NCBI GenBank assembly: GCA_964187785.1
Contig: OZ076409.1
Coordinates: 65,288,001 to 65,352,000 of the forward strand
Source of the DNA: Amphiscolops sp. MND2022
Lineage: Eukaryota
Reading direction: 5' to 3'
DNA length: 64,000 nucleotides
A program made the position numbers and the translations under genes. A model generated the notes under the pieces. That model ran no database searches and was not told the origin of the DNA. It saw nothing but the letters and a program-made list of their open reading frames with translations. Below, piece after piece: positions 11,750-24,225 of the stretch; position 1 is the first letter of the stretch, and each line of letters starts with the position of its first letter.

Positions 11750-13900
11750 TTTTCGTTCAAAACGTGTGTCTGAACAGAATCAAAGTCAGTTTTATGAATC
11801 GTACTGGGTACAAAATGACACAGCACAATTTGTCAGCCACACAAGTCAGAAAAGTAACCTTCCGTAGCTGATAATTGCTTCCAGCTCCAAGCTAGAGCCT
11901 TTTTCAACTATTTTTGGATTTTTCAACTTTTTTCGAAAATCACTCAGATGGCTTTTACAAGTGCTGAAAACGTGGTATCGGGCTCAAAATTGGTCACGCG
12001 ATCACACGTATAGCCAGCTACACTACAGTAACAATCAATGAGATTTCAGACCACTGGGCGAGATTTAGATCTGGTACGGACGTTCCGTATCACCGTGTTT
12101 CGATTGACACTATTTTTCACATGCAATCAAAGACTCTCGTCCACAGTGCTGAGCTCTCGAGCTCACTTTTTCAGCATGGGTGCACCAAATGACACTAATA
12201 GGAATAGTCTAGGGCAATGTAATCCCAACTTCCCAACAAGGTGCGCCGACAATTCCGAAAAAATGATCCAATTCGTTACAATACACAGGGTATCACAACT
12301 TCAAGTAACAAAATGCTATGATTCAGCAAGGCAGCCCACTCGATACTGATCAAATATTACACGCACAGCAATGAACGAACTACTGGAAGTTCAAACTAGG
12401 GGTTTGCACAGGTTTCCAACACGTAGAAATGACTTTTTTCTCACTTTCCCAGTTTTCGTCTCGGTGAGACCTCCAACTGACACAATGAATATGCACGTCC
12501 AAGAAGCGTCGAAATAAGTTCCAAGGGTCGCAGTGTGCTGAAACGTATACAGCATTTCAGGATTGATGTACTGACTTAAAAAATGAGTCCAGAATCGGGG
12601 TATTAGGATCCAGTCACAGGTCCTAGGTTTTCCAGATGTTTGTTGGGTTTTTCAGCTTTACTTGAAAAAAACTCCAGAGGCTAGCGCTAACGCTGGAAAC
12701 GCAGGATCGACTTCAAAATCAACCACACAAGCCCACGTAAGTTGAGGTACAAGGGAGTAATAGCTGATTTGTGCTGAGGTGACTAGGTGAAGGTTCAACA
12801 CAGTACAGACGTTCGGTATCACCGTGTTCCAATATGCAGTGTTCTTCACGTGTCAACTCAGATTCCGGCAAACAGCAAAGAGCTCTCAAGCTCGTTTTTT
12901 CGGCAACAATACGATAAACTTGCACTGGTTACGATAGTGGGCAGCAATTTGGCCCCACTCTTTGAATAAGGTGTTAAGGCAATCCCACAAGACTTCGTAG
13001 AATTCGCCTTCTTGTGCAGTTTGTTTTAGTCAATTTCTCAACAGATATAGTAGCAATTGACACCAAACTTGGCAGACGCTGTTAGTAGGCACCAATCACG
13101 CTGTTAGAGTAGTGAAATAGACGGTGGTAGACTTGCAGGGGGTCTTCTCAAGGATTTGGGCCTCTGCTCGTCTCGGTGAGGACTTAAGAAAATTGATGTT
13201 TTTTCAACGTCCAAGATTTTTCAAAACACGTTCTAAGGCTCGTAGGCTGTTCAAATTTGCACAGCGCTTTCCCACAAGCACGCTGGGCCAGAAAATTAAC
13301 CTGGTTTGGGGCAAGAAGTCTCCAGTCACCCACAGGAAGAATTTCACAGAATTTTTGGATTTTCCAAAAATCGCACAACAACTCTCCAGAGGCTCGTGTG
13401 TGCTCTGGAATCGCCGTATCCAGCCCAAAATTGACCAGCAGATCTTAGGTACACGTAGGTTTACGAAAATGAACACAGTTTTGAGCTGCGCCCCTTCTAC
13501 ACAGTTTCACCTAGGTACAGACGTGCGGTATCACTATGTACCGAAATGCACAGTTTCTAACGTCTTTTTCAAGATTGCGGTCCACTGGCAAGAGCTAGCA
13601 AGCTCAAATTCTCTGCAGCAACGTAGGGACTAGCACAAATTACAATGGTGGGCTGCAATATAGCCCCACCCTTCGGCTGGGGTACCCGGGTTACTTGGAA
13701 AAATTAAGAAAAAACTGCCTTTTTGCGCACTTTTTTGGGCGCCGCGTTTTTCCTATTTTCTCAACAAGTGTCACACAGATCGGCACCAAACTTGGTAGTT
13801 TATGCCAGTGGGCACCTACAATGCCACCGATTTGGTTGAATTGAAGCGCGAGCGCCTATTTGAGGTTTCGACCCACTATGTTCGTTGTACACGAAAAAAC
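11750..13900. repeat. Three diverged repeats of about 715-730 bp in the 5' leader of element A (boundaries approximate)
   Basis: Anchor gtac(g/a)gacgt..(c/g)gtatcac at about 12074, 12803 and 13516; tcgtctcggtgag at about 12456 and 13168. Confidence 0.6.
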
Positions 13901-14286
13901 ACTGTTTGTGACTACTTTTTTCACAAATTGACCAAGAGGATCACCTCAGAAAGTGATACGGCGGGCAAAATGGGACCAACGTGTTGCCCCACTATCCGTA
14001 GCACTGGGATAAACCCTCAAGTGGTTGTGCCCGTTTGGTATAAGGCACTGACAGTCCTGCAGTTTTGGATTTTTTTGGTCCTTTTACGCTTCTCTGAAGT
14101 CGAAACGTCAGAGAACTTTTCTCGACTTTGGTGACCGTTACGCTCACCAAATTTTCGGCACTAACGTTAATTTTTGTGGTGGTTACGAAAATGCAACCAC
14201 TTTTGAGCTAGGGTTCAGGAATCGATGACCCGACCCTAGCTCAGAGACAGTCCGGTTTAGTGGAAAATTGATCAAATTCAGTGCGT

Positions 14287-14655
14287 TTTTCCACTTTTCT
14301 CAGCACTGAATGGGAGTTTTTACACGCGGTTTTCACCACCACGCGTTATTTTTATGATAAAAACAGAAAATTAGAGCGCGGAAGCTCCTAGCTAACAAAA
14401 TGACAGAGTGCCCATGGGGTTTTAATTGTGTACTCAGACACTCCTGAAACTGACTAAAAATCAAGGTTTTTCAACTTTTCTCAGCACTGAAAAGGAAATT
14501 TTGCACGCGGTTTTCACCACAATGCGTTATTTTTACTACAAAAACAGAAAATGAGAGCGCGCGGGCTCCCAGGTCTCGAAAACACTGAGTGCCCCAGAGG
14601 TTTTAATGATGCACTCTGGCACTCCTGAAACTGGCCAAAAATCAAGGTTTTTCGA
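14287..14655. repeat. Tandem duplication of about 180 bp in the 5' leader of element A
   Basis: cttttctcagcactgaa...cacgcggttttcaccac...aaaaacagaaaat.agagcgcg...gagtgccc occurs twice, about 180 bp apart. Confidence 0.85.
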
Positions 14656-15734
14656 CCTGTTCTCACCAAGAAAACGATACAAACTCTCTTAAATCCTATT
14701 TTCAGTACTGTGGAGTGTGCCCCACACTAATAGCAGCACGGAAGAGGCAATTACATCACAATCCAGCTATCTCCCAGTGGCATTTCATAGTGGTTTTTTG
14801 CCAATTTCGCCAAAAACCGGGTTTTTTCATGCAAAATGTGTCTCAAAAAGGTCTCCAACGGCCTTTCTGGTTGTCGTTACATTATGTAGCATAACCCTCA
14901 AGGTTTTGGGCTGCTTTCTATTCATTTTTGCAACTGCTGTGGAAAAATACTTCGAGCGCTCGCGCTCGTACTAAGAAAAGTACTCAAAAATGCCAAAAAT
15001 CACGTTTTTGCGACTTTTGCACTAAAAATCGCACTTTTTTCACTGAAAATAGGTGCAAAAGCACACACTCAGTTGCAACAGGGTAAAACTAGCATGCACA
15101 AATGATTCCCCGTCAAAAATACACAATCTAAAAATTTTTTCATACCATACTCCAAAAAACCGATTCTTGCGGAATGAGGGGTGGTACCTTCGCCGTCTTT
15201 TTTCTCAAGAACCAGACCAGCCAGAGAGAAACGGTTTGGACCGTCGGCAACGTCAGTGTTTGGTCTAGCTTTCCACCAAAAACCATGCTTCTAGCACGTC
15301 TCCACGGGAAATGGGAAAGGAGAGTCGGGAACACTCGTTTCAGCTCATCTATCGGTCAGATGGAACATGGCGCATCCATCAACTGAATACCTCGTACATT
15401 GCCAAAAACGCTGAAATGAGCTGTAAAACACCTGTTACAACATGCGTAACGGCTTTCTAGCGGTTCGCTAAGCCATTACAAAGGTACCCGCTGATGGGAA
15501 CGTGCAATTTTAGACGATACCTGTCAACAAATACCTGTTATCAAAACATACCATAGGTATTCGGAAAAATCCCCCGAAATACAGGAAAAATACCAAAATA
15601 TAACGTCATATCATCTAAAAAATTTGGAAAAACTCTGGGTAAACGTCTCCTTCCAGAGTCCAATCGTTCTTGGCGTCCAATACCAGGGGGTCGGAAATTT
15701 CAAAACCATATAATAGGGCAGTAATCGGAAGCGA

Positions 15735-15751
15735 TCCCTCTGTGGTCGCCA
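15735..15751 (-). promoter_or_regulatory. Primer binding site, probably tRNA-Arg
   Basis: Minus strand TGGCGACCACAGAGGGA, 15 nt downstream of the 5' LTR; its complement ...GTGGTCG-CCA resembles the 3' end of eukaryotic tRNA-Arg(TCG). Confidence 0.8.
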
Positions 15752-15766
15752 AAAAATGACGTCTCA

Positions 15767-16539
15767 TAAAACGGCAAGCTGTTATCGGTCGCTTAACACG
15801 TTAACAGAGGTGGAGGAACCTGCAGAAATGGGTGAATCGCTCGGGACAGGCGCCCATCGCCACAGATCCATTTTGCCTCCAGGGGTGAAATACGTCCCGG
15901 GGCCGCGGGTGCTTCGACGAATACTGTCCAACCGGTCCTAGTCTTTGATTGCTAATAGTAACGGGCATCTTTCTGGCTCTCTAAAGATCACCGCTTAACT
16001 AGCATATAAAAACAATGCCAAGAATAAGGTAAATTTCCAGTTCCAGGGTGACATGTGAATAAGATCTAAAATTGGGGAATAAGATCTAAACTAGCGCTAG
16101 CGCTACTGAATACAGCCAAAATCACTGAAAATACATGAAAACAGGCACGAATATGGCAAACCACACAGCTAAAAAGCTGGGGCGCAGGGGCTCCAAGCAC
16201 CAAACAAGGATCTTTAGGCGAAAAGACTCATTTTTACGGTTTCCGCTACATAGGGTAGCATAATGCTGAAAATCGATAAAACCGGTGTTAGCACCTCAAA
16301 AAGAGTCTATTTTCGGATGTTCTTGCCGTCTCTGGCTTCTGTCATGGCGGCGCGCCCGTATTTTTGCTCGTTCTTGCTCTTTGTTGTCGAAGTACCTGCC
16401 AATTTCGTGGAAACAGCGAAAAGAGCAATCACATGCTCAGTGCCACGTCACACATCGGATTAGAATTTTTGACAAAATTCCTGAACATGTCAAAGTTGCA
16501 AAATCGGTTGATATTGCTGTACCAGAGCTTGCCGTTACA
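15767..16539 (-). repeat. 5' LTR of element A
   Basis: Copy of 1006-1778 with about 2 internal substitutions seen; inner end reads TAAAAC instead of TGTAAC. Confidence 0.95.
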
Positions 16540-19347
16540 TTGTAAGTAATGTTGACTTCAGGTTGTAATGTTGTAATACTGGTTGTCTGACTTCAGTTTT
16601 CATCACCATTTCAGATTGACTTTTGTTTTCCTTTTATCGTGACTTCCTTTTCTGTGTGAAAATTATATCTCAAACTCAGTGGTAGGTGATTAGAATAGTA
16701 ACGTTGAGCTGCGCACAACCATGAGTTTTATTTAATTGCTCCATATTGCTCATAGATAAATAAGTATGACATAAAATGTACAATAGTATAATAGCAGAAA
16801 CTAAATTTCCATCATGCTGGCATGCCAAATATCTTCGAGTATTAGTATAAAACAACCCAGTTTGAAAAAAAAACGCAGTGAAGATCACTTCAGTCAAGAA
16901 AGAATGAACTTTCCACAATAAAAATATCTCACTCAGATTACCATTGAAGTGTGAAAACTCAAAGGTTTTCTCATATTTAATCACCGTCAATCGAAAACAC
17001 GAGTGGTAACATGCTGTCATGTCAGTAAACCATTCTGTCGAACCGAATGCTGTGCGTGCTTTAAAACACATTTTTTGATAGAAAAAAAGCTATTGATACC
17101 TTTTCAATTTTGCCTCAGATATAAGTCTGGTGCCGGAGTGGTTGTGGTTTGTTCTTTGATACGTATACCAAGTCAGTCTTTGTTATAACTCACATGCTAT
17201 GGCAGATAATAACCATCGCACTGTTCTTTGAAAGTTTAATCGCTGCTATAGGAACTGTGAGTACAACGGTCTCCCGATCTGCTCATGATTTAGAGTAACC
17301 GAGAATTGGCGCTTAGTTACCCTTTTTGTTGAAGAGGTCGATAATTCACTGTATTGCAAATTCAAGTTTTCAAACAGTATCTAGGAAGGAAGGTGATAGA
17401 CAGAAAAACACTGAAAAGGAACTGAAGATGTATATAATCATCCAACTAACATTTTCATGTGCACAAATCATTTATAACTTGAGACAGCTTGTGTGAAAAT
17501 CACAAAAATTTGGTTTTTCTGGAAAACGGTTCATCTGAGAACACTGACTCGTCACTTCAATCCTGTAAACATCTAAAACACGGACATCTTCAGAACATTT
17601 GCGAAATTGTTTCTCGTCGTTGTTTGCTGAATTTTTTGAAAAAAATCCAAAAGTGTTCCAAGAACACTATGGAGAGTTGTTAAGCCTGTTATATTTTTTC
17701 TCGCATTAGCTTAAATCTCAAGAGTTGTAATCTTCATCACATCGACCATCAAGAAGTGTAAAAACAGAATTGAAGAATCAGAATTTTGTAAAGAATGTAA
17801 TCTTCACGTGCTCATAAACGGAAACAAATTGTGAAGAAAAAAAGTAAAAGTTGATTTAGGATTTTTCCAGTTGGTCTACACATATACAGAACCCCAATCG
17901 TTTCTACTTTTTTAAAATCAACTCAGAAGAATTGGAAGTCTTTATAAAGTTGAAACATTTACTTTAAACTTTGAACCCGAATAACCTAAACATGGAAACA
18001 TGGACGTTTTCGAACCAACTGGAAGTCTAGTAAGTGTTTGCTTTCATGAATACAAATTATATTCAATCTCGCAAAGAATTGTTGCTCCCTGAGAATCACT
18101 TTTATCCAACACGGTAAAGAAAACTTTGAGAAAATTTGACTCACATATGAAGTTTGTTTGTGAGAGATGTTCGACAGCTTTCAGTTCCCATTCCCGAAGA
18201 TCCTTTAGAAAGTTTCTTAAACAAGATTCTACAAAAATCTGCTTTAGTGGGAAAAAGCAACTACAGATCAAAGATTACTGACGGAAAAATTCTTGATGCA
18301 ATAGCAAATAGGTGGTAGTTGACCCAGCGGTTAGCAGTGCTAACTTAGCACAACGATAGTAACAAAGGAAAAACAAGAAGTTTGTCAAAACAGTGTCCCA
18401 TTTGTCATGAACTGGAAAATTCGACAATGCTGTATAGATTCTTGTTTGATGCAGTTTCCTGAAAGTTCCGCCAATAGCTACTAGATGTAGCTGGAAAACT
18501 AAAAAGTGCTTTCCACTATATCACTATACTAGGCGGGCGCTTATTCAAGCCGTTCCCAGGTTGTTTTCTGTTAGGAAGTTGCGTTATTTCAGTTTTATTT
18601 TTTATGCTTTTTCGTCAATCCGCAACCTCTTCATTTTTTGTATGGTTTGCAAGTGTGAAGTTGGGGAAAGTCCCATTTTTGAGTTAGCCCAAGTTGCCGA
18701 AAGAGGCTCCAAATGCCTTTTTAGATTTGTTTATTCCCCGGAAATATTATTGGAACTGAAAATTCTCCCTTTAGGGTTCTATCGGCACAACCGCTACTTT
18801 TTCGAAAGTGTTTTCAGCTAGATGGTCCTCTTTTTGCTTTTAACGCTTTCAAAGGAAAAATTGCATGCCTGAAGTTCTTCGTATCTGAAAGGTTATCTTT
18901 TTGAGTGAATTTTGAAATGGGAAGTTATCAGGAAAAGAGTTCACAATCTTGAAGTGTCTTGCTTCGGATTTTTAGAGCTTCATGTCTGAAAATGGTCATT
19001 TTTAACCTGAAATGATATTCTATAGATTTATCCAGCCTCGTAAGCTTTTTACACGATGTTTCTGCTCAGTAACAAAATTCTCTTTCTCTCAACATAAGTT
19101 TTTACACTATGGTATCAAAAAGCTACGTACACCAACATTTTTTAAAAAAACACAGATCAGAGTAAAATTTGAAACAACTGTTGAAACAAATAATAAATCA
19201 ATATCCCGTCAAACTCCCATGGCTTTTGATTACCTTCACCAAACGATTCTCATACGATGAGTACAAGTTGCGAACAACATCAGGGTTTATGTTGTTCCAC
19301 ACTTCCATAACCTTTTCTTCTAAAATTTCCCAGGTAACAATCTGAAC

Positions 19348-20713
19348 TCAGAAGCTTTTTTCAAAAATGGCCCAATTATTTCCAATAGGATTCAGGTCAG
19401 GACTGTAAATTGGCCAATCCAGCACCTCCCATTGCTTTTGGGCCAGAAAATTGCGAACAACTTCACTTTCGGGTACTGGGGCGTTGTCTTGCTGGAACAC
19501 CAAATCCGGTATATTCAAATGTTGATCGTATTGCTTTAAAATCTCCAAATATCCGTAACTGTTAAGTGTTGCCGGACATTTAATTAGCATTTTCCTACCA
19601 TCTGATCTGATGGACCCCAAAACATCATAGATCTTTTGTCCGTGCGTATTCCTTGGGTGTTTTTGGGGCAAAAGCGACGACCAGTTTCTCTGAACACCCG
19701 CACAACGCCATCACTATTCAAGCGCACAAGGGTTTTGTCTGAGAATACGACATTTTCCCAGAAGCCTAGTATCGATCCAGCTAAAATTCAGAACAAAAAT
19801 GCAAAAGTTCGAGTGAAACAAAAACAACCTTCTTCAAGCTTACAATACCACCCAATCTGGCCAATGAAAATGCATCTAAGGTAGTGCAGAAGGTCCCCCC
19901 TCTCATTTTCTCTGTTTTTAAACCTAACATACGAAACCGAACGAGACTAAAAGGTCCCCTTTCAAACTTTATGATCTTTTGGTGTTTTGAGGTTTTTTGT
20001 CGTTCCAAAAAAGTCCTGAGCAGAGTTTCTATACTTTGCGCTTTTTGAGCCTTAGGTTTAGCGCCGACTTTAGATGTTCTCGTCTTGTATCATTGAGAGC
20101 ACCATCAAAAGCGCTATTAGTTCACTCTACGAAAGTGATTGATTTGATAAATTTTTTAAAATTCGTTTTGGTTTTTTCTACGCTTTGAGATTTTACTCAA
20201 ATATTTTTTGTTTCAAAAAATTCCAAAACTTTTTCCGATTTTCAGTGGAAAATTGACGCTGGATAAAAACCAAGGGGCTTTTTCAACATTCTCGAGCACC
20301 AGCGTTTTCTGATCAGTCTTTGTTTTTTGTTCAAGTTGAACTTTTTTGCGGGTTTTCTAGAAACAATTCCGTACTTCTTCAGGATTCTTCGAATAGTACA
20401 TTTAGAAACTGTCTTTGACGTTGAAAAAGAGTTTGGCAGTACTGTTACTTGTTCTAATGTTGTTTTTGGGTCTTTTTCCACTCTTCGAACTATTAGTCTT
20501 TGCTCTTTTTCGCTGAGCTTTTCTGGCCGGCCTGGAGGTTTTTTCGCCACAAAAGAGTTCGTTCTCAAAAAAACGCTGATAAGCTGTTTGAGCTGTCGAT
20601 CGAGATTTAAGACCCAACTTTTCTTTAATTTCTTTGTATGATAAACCCATTTCGCGAAATGTAACGATTTTGCAAACAACGTATGAATCCAAAGGTTTGA
20701 CCATTTTCAACAA
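19348..20713 (-). pseudogene. Tc1-like DD34E transposase fragments
   Basis: PPGRPEKLSEKEQRLIVR (paired-like HTH), VVFSD, FQQDNAP, DWPIYSPDLNPI; frameshifts and an insertion at about 19775-20260. Confidence 0.9.
19860..20087 (+). mobile_element. HINE (Helentron-type non-autonomous element), 3' fragment inside the Tc1
   Basis: 3' end GCGCCGACT-TT-AGATGTTCTCGTCT-TG matches the other copies. Confidence 0.65.
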
Positions 20714-21241
20714 TGTTTAATCCAAGAGTGATTGATTTCACTTCCGGTTGAGAATGAAAATGAAAAGTTCTTCACAAACTGAATAAGATTTAATTTTCAG
20801 CTGTACGTCGCTTTTGGCTACCATAGTGTATATTTCGATTTCTGATCTAGGCTTTTTTCTATTCAAAATATGCTATAAACTGTTACATTCGGTTTCATTC
20901 CGGTTCATGACCTTACCGAGATTCGGCTCTAGAACTACAAACTTTTAGTTATATGTCTAAAGTACCTGCTAGTGTTGATAAATACATATTGCATCAATAC
21001 TAAATTAGATATTTCATTTACAATACATTGATATCTACAGCTTAGACCTATACCAAAGAGATTCTCTTTTAGTAACCTTTCTTTTCTTAACTACTGAATT
21101 TGTTAGAACAGAACATAAACTATATTCTGTCTTTCATTTTGCCAAAATAAGGGGGTGTTGACTCTGACGATCGCCCAAATTTGTCCTTTCATTTTGAAGA
21201 ACAATTTAACCGTTTGCATAACTTATAAATAAAACTATTAA

Positions 21242-21800
21242 CAAGCCGGGAACGGCCAAAGTCGGCTCAATATTTAAGGCTCAAAAAGCGAGAAGTTTTT
21301 AAAACTGTAAAAAAATACCCTTTGGGCTTTTTGAAACTCCACTTTTTTGGAAAATAAGAAAAAAATGAAGAGGGACCATTTGAAGACTTTCAAAAAATTT
21401 CGAAAAAAATAATGAAAACGAGAATTTTGAACTGTGTCACAGTACCGAAAAATGTTAAAGGGGTACCCTTTGGTATTTTTTAGCATACATTCTGTTGCAA
21501 AATATCGATATAAATGAAGAGGGCACCCTTTGGTGCAATCCAAAAATTTTCAAAAAAAAGTCTCACCAACATAGTCTCACCAACAAAAAAAGTGAAAAAC
21601 ACCAACATACCCAAAGGGGTTCTTAGTATGTTTTCGAGCTACTGGACGTCGGTTTTGTTTTCTTTTCGTTTCGGACAAGCTTCTGAGGTTCGAGTGTTTT
21701 GAACCTCTGTAGTTGAAGTTGAACAATTAAGTGGACCTTACGCGTCTAAAAACTACCCACTATAATATTCGGGCTCATTTTCTATTGAAACGCGCTGATT
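21242..21800 (-). mobile_element. HINE copy
   Basis: Terminal hairpin GCCG-GGAA-CGGC and AGTCGG subTIR; shared core aaggctcaaaaagcg, ggggaccc. Confidence 0.7.
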
Positions 21801-22389
21801 CCAAAACTTTGACCCGATTTTCGTATGACTCTACGTTTTGCCATGGTGAGCGTGCGTAGGGTTTGACTGTGAACGGTTGGAACTTTTGTCGTTTACCAAC
21901 TTGCTGTTTGTTATAACCGTTTTCTGTTTTGACATTCAACGATGAAAGTGCCCGGTAGCAAAATTATTCCGAAATATTTTGGATCTTCTTGATTCGAAGT
22001 CCTAGCGACCATTTTCTTCCGAACTGCTTTTCAAAATTTCATAAAAATAATTGCATCAACTAGTTTTCAATTCAATACAGATTTTTTGGAATTGATTATT
22101 CTTTATCCGTAACTTTTTTCAATCAATTAAGGTCGGAAGGTGTGTGGTTTTCTGCTAAGTGCGTGTTAGTAGAAAAAATATCTTAGTGCCATTACGCCTC
22201 TTTTTTGTGAATTGTTCTAAGGAAACTCGTTCTTGGCAATAAAATGGGCAAAAAGAGTCAATATCAAATTCAAGGATTCGAAAAAAGGCATTTTCTAAAT
22301 TCGATTTCAGACCACCGTAGCTCTTCTGAGTCTCAGAGAGCGGGGAAACTTGAGAGCGGGTGTCTTGAAGATCGCTCCCATTCATTTTT

Positions 22390-23218
22390 AGTCGGCGTTC
22401 TCGAAGAAAATGCACGACTCTTACAGTGGCTTGTTTTTTCATCAGTTCAACGCGTTCGGTCCATTTTTTGTGCACTTTGCACTTTTCCCATTAGTGCAAC
22501 TTAGTACTTAATTCTGAACGCATCCGAAGCCTCAAACATGAAATACAAAACCATTCCATAGCAGAAGGGTCCCCCTTTTCTACTTTTTTGGCACTATGAG
22601 ACCCCCCTCCCCCTTTTGGCTTTGTGAGATTTTTTTGAAAATTTTCCCATGTCTCCAAATGATCCCTTTTTTTGAGATTTTGCAAGAGAATGGATGGTAA
22701 AAATCTCAAAGGTTCCCCCTTTTACTTTTTTCGGCACTATGAGACGGCTCAAAATTCTAAATTTTCGTTTGATATTAGATTTTCTCAATACATATCCACC
22801 AAGAATTTTTTTCGATACTATCGATTTTTTTAAGACCAAGCGTTTTTTCGATACTATGCGACAATTTTCTGATTTGTTTTCATCGAGCCCCCTCCATTTC
22901 TCTAGAAACCAAAGTTTTTGCTAGTATAGAGGACTCCTCAGTGTTTTCGGCACTATGCGACTTACCGGAGACATTTGTTGAAAGATTTCGTATTTTTTTC
23001 TCAATTTTTCATTTTTTGAGAGGTTTCCTTTGAGCAAGATGGTTTTTTTTGCTGTTTCCAGTTGCGGAAAAAGTGGTTTTAGAGTCTTATTCGTATTCTT
23101 TCGGATATTGTTTGGAACTGCAAACTTGATGAAGTTTTACCAATAGTGTCCTTTTGCATTTAAAAAAACTTTACTCTTTTGAAGCTTGAGCATTCGGATT
23201 TGGGCCATTCCCGGCTTG
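22390..23218 (+). mobile_element. HINE copy
   Basis: Starts TT|AGTCGGCG, ends GGCCATTCCCGGCTTG|TT. Confidence 0.7.
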
Positions 23219-23505
23219 TTGCTTTGAACCCTCTGATTTTATGGTTTGCATTGAATCTAAAATCTGGTAGCCAATCTTCTCTGACACAGCTCGTTCACTC
23301 AAAGGTTCTAAAACCTGTTCGTTCTCTATACATCCCACAATCGGAAATTTCACAATAAGGTATATTGTCTGTGACTGAAAAATTGAGTTATTGAGCAATT
23401 GGTTTACTAATATCGATGTAATTTTGAGAAAACATATTTCTGGTCACCTATAAAGAAGCTGAAGATTTTCCACTGATCGATTGACTTCTCTATCCTAAAA
23501 GTAAC

Positions 23506-24225
23506 TGTAACGTCACCCTGTGATCAACGAAATTTTTGGAAAATTTTGAAAAATTCGTTCAAAAGTGACGTGGCACTTGAACATGGCTTTACGAAGTACC
23601 TGCCCGCAAAAAAATCATAGAGGGACGGCAGGAGCAGGGCCCCGCGAGGCAAAAAGAGCAGAGAACGTGTAAGAGCTCGTGTAGTGTCACGAATTGTTGA
23701 AACTTGACAGCACAGGCGCTGAAACTCTCGATGTCCGCCCGAGTTTATCCAAAGAACAGCATGACGGTGAGATTTCGATATCCATGCCCGGGGTTGTGCC
23801 CAGCTCGAGCGCTGGTGCCATGCCATCCAGAAACCCACCCAACTCGCCAAACTGGACTTTAGTACCTTATTGCAGTGTTTACCATATTTGTTTGATGAAA
23901 TATTAGCTCGAGGGCTACCCATGTAGATGCTATTTACATCAGATTCCCATCTGGAGAAATTCAGTTCTATGCAACCTTGTCATTTGTCATAGGCTATTTA
24001 CGCAGTGGTTACGAGAGGAAAAGCGTAATTCCTGTGACTCTTAGCAATTACAGACTGGAATCAGGTCAGAAAGTATCCCTAGAAGACGATTCCCCTCCTC
24101 GGGACCGGCTATCCTTAGGAGGACAAAATGGGCTTGCGTTATGGTGGTTTGTCCCGGACCACAGCCATGGCGCTAGTTCCTCCAATCCATTGTCTCGTTC
24201 AAAACGCTTTGCGCTTTCCGTTACA
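23506..24225 (+). mobile_element. Solo LTR related to element A LTRs
   Basis: TGTAACG...CGTTACA termini, AAC duplicated on both sides, shared motif GTGACGTGGCACT-GA-CATG at a similar position to the element A LTR (sense strand). Confidence 0.8.

Larger units (their letters stand above)
1006..16539 (-). mobile_element. Full-length Ty3/Gypsy LTR retrotransposon (element A), coding region disrupted
   Basis: Two direct 773-bp repeats at the ends, outer termini TGTAAC...GTTACA, PBS and PPT in the expected positions, domain order gag-PR-RT-RNaseH-IN on the minus strand, TTG duplicated on both sides (1003-1005, 16540-16542). Confidence 0.96.
19105..20828 (-). mobile_element. Tc1/mariner DNA transposon, decayed, with an internal insertion
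   Basis: TIRs CACTATGGTA(T/G)C(A/C)AAAAGC(T/G)ACGTACA at both ends, TA duplications at 19103-19104 and 20829-20830. Confidence 0.9.

Noticed and set aside
13124..13633. 169-aa plus-strand ORF in the element A leader
   Set aside because: No motif, non-ATG start, not maintained in the paralogous leader repeats
24168..24180. TGGCGCTAG as a PBS
   Set aside because: It lies inside the solo LTR, upstream of the TTACA terminus and the TSD
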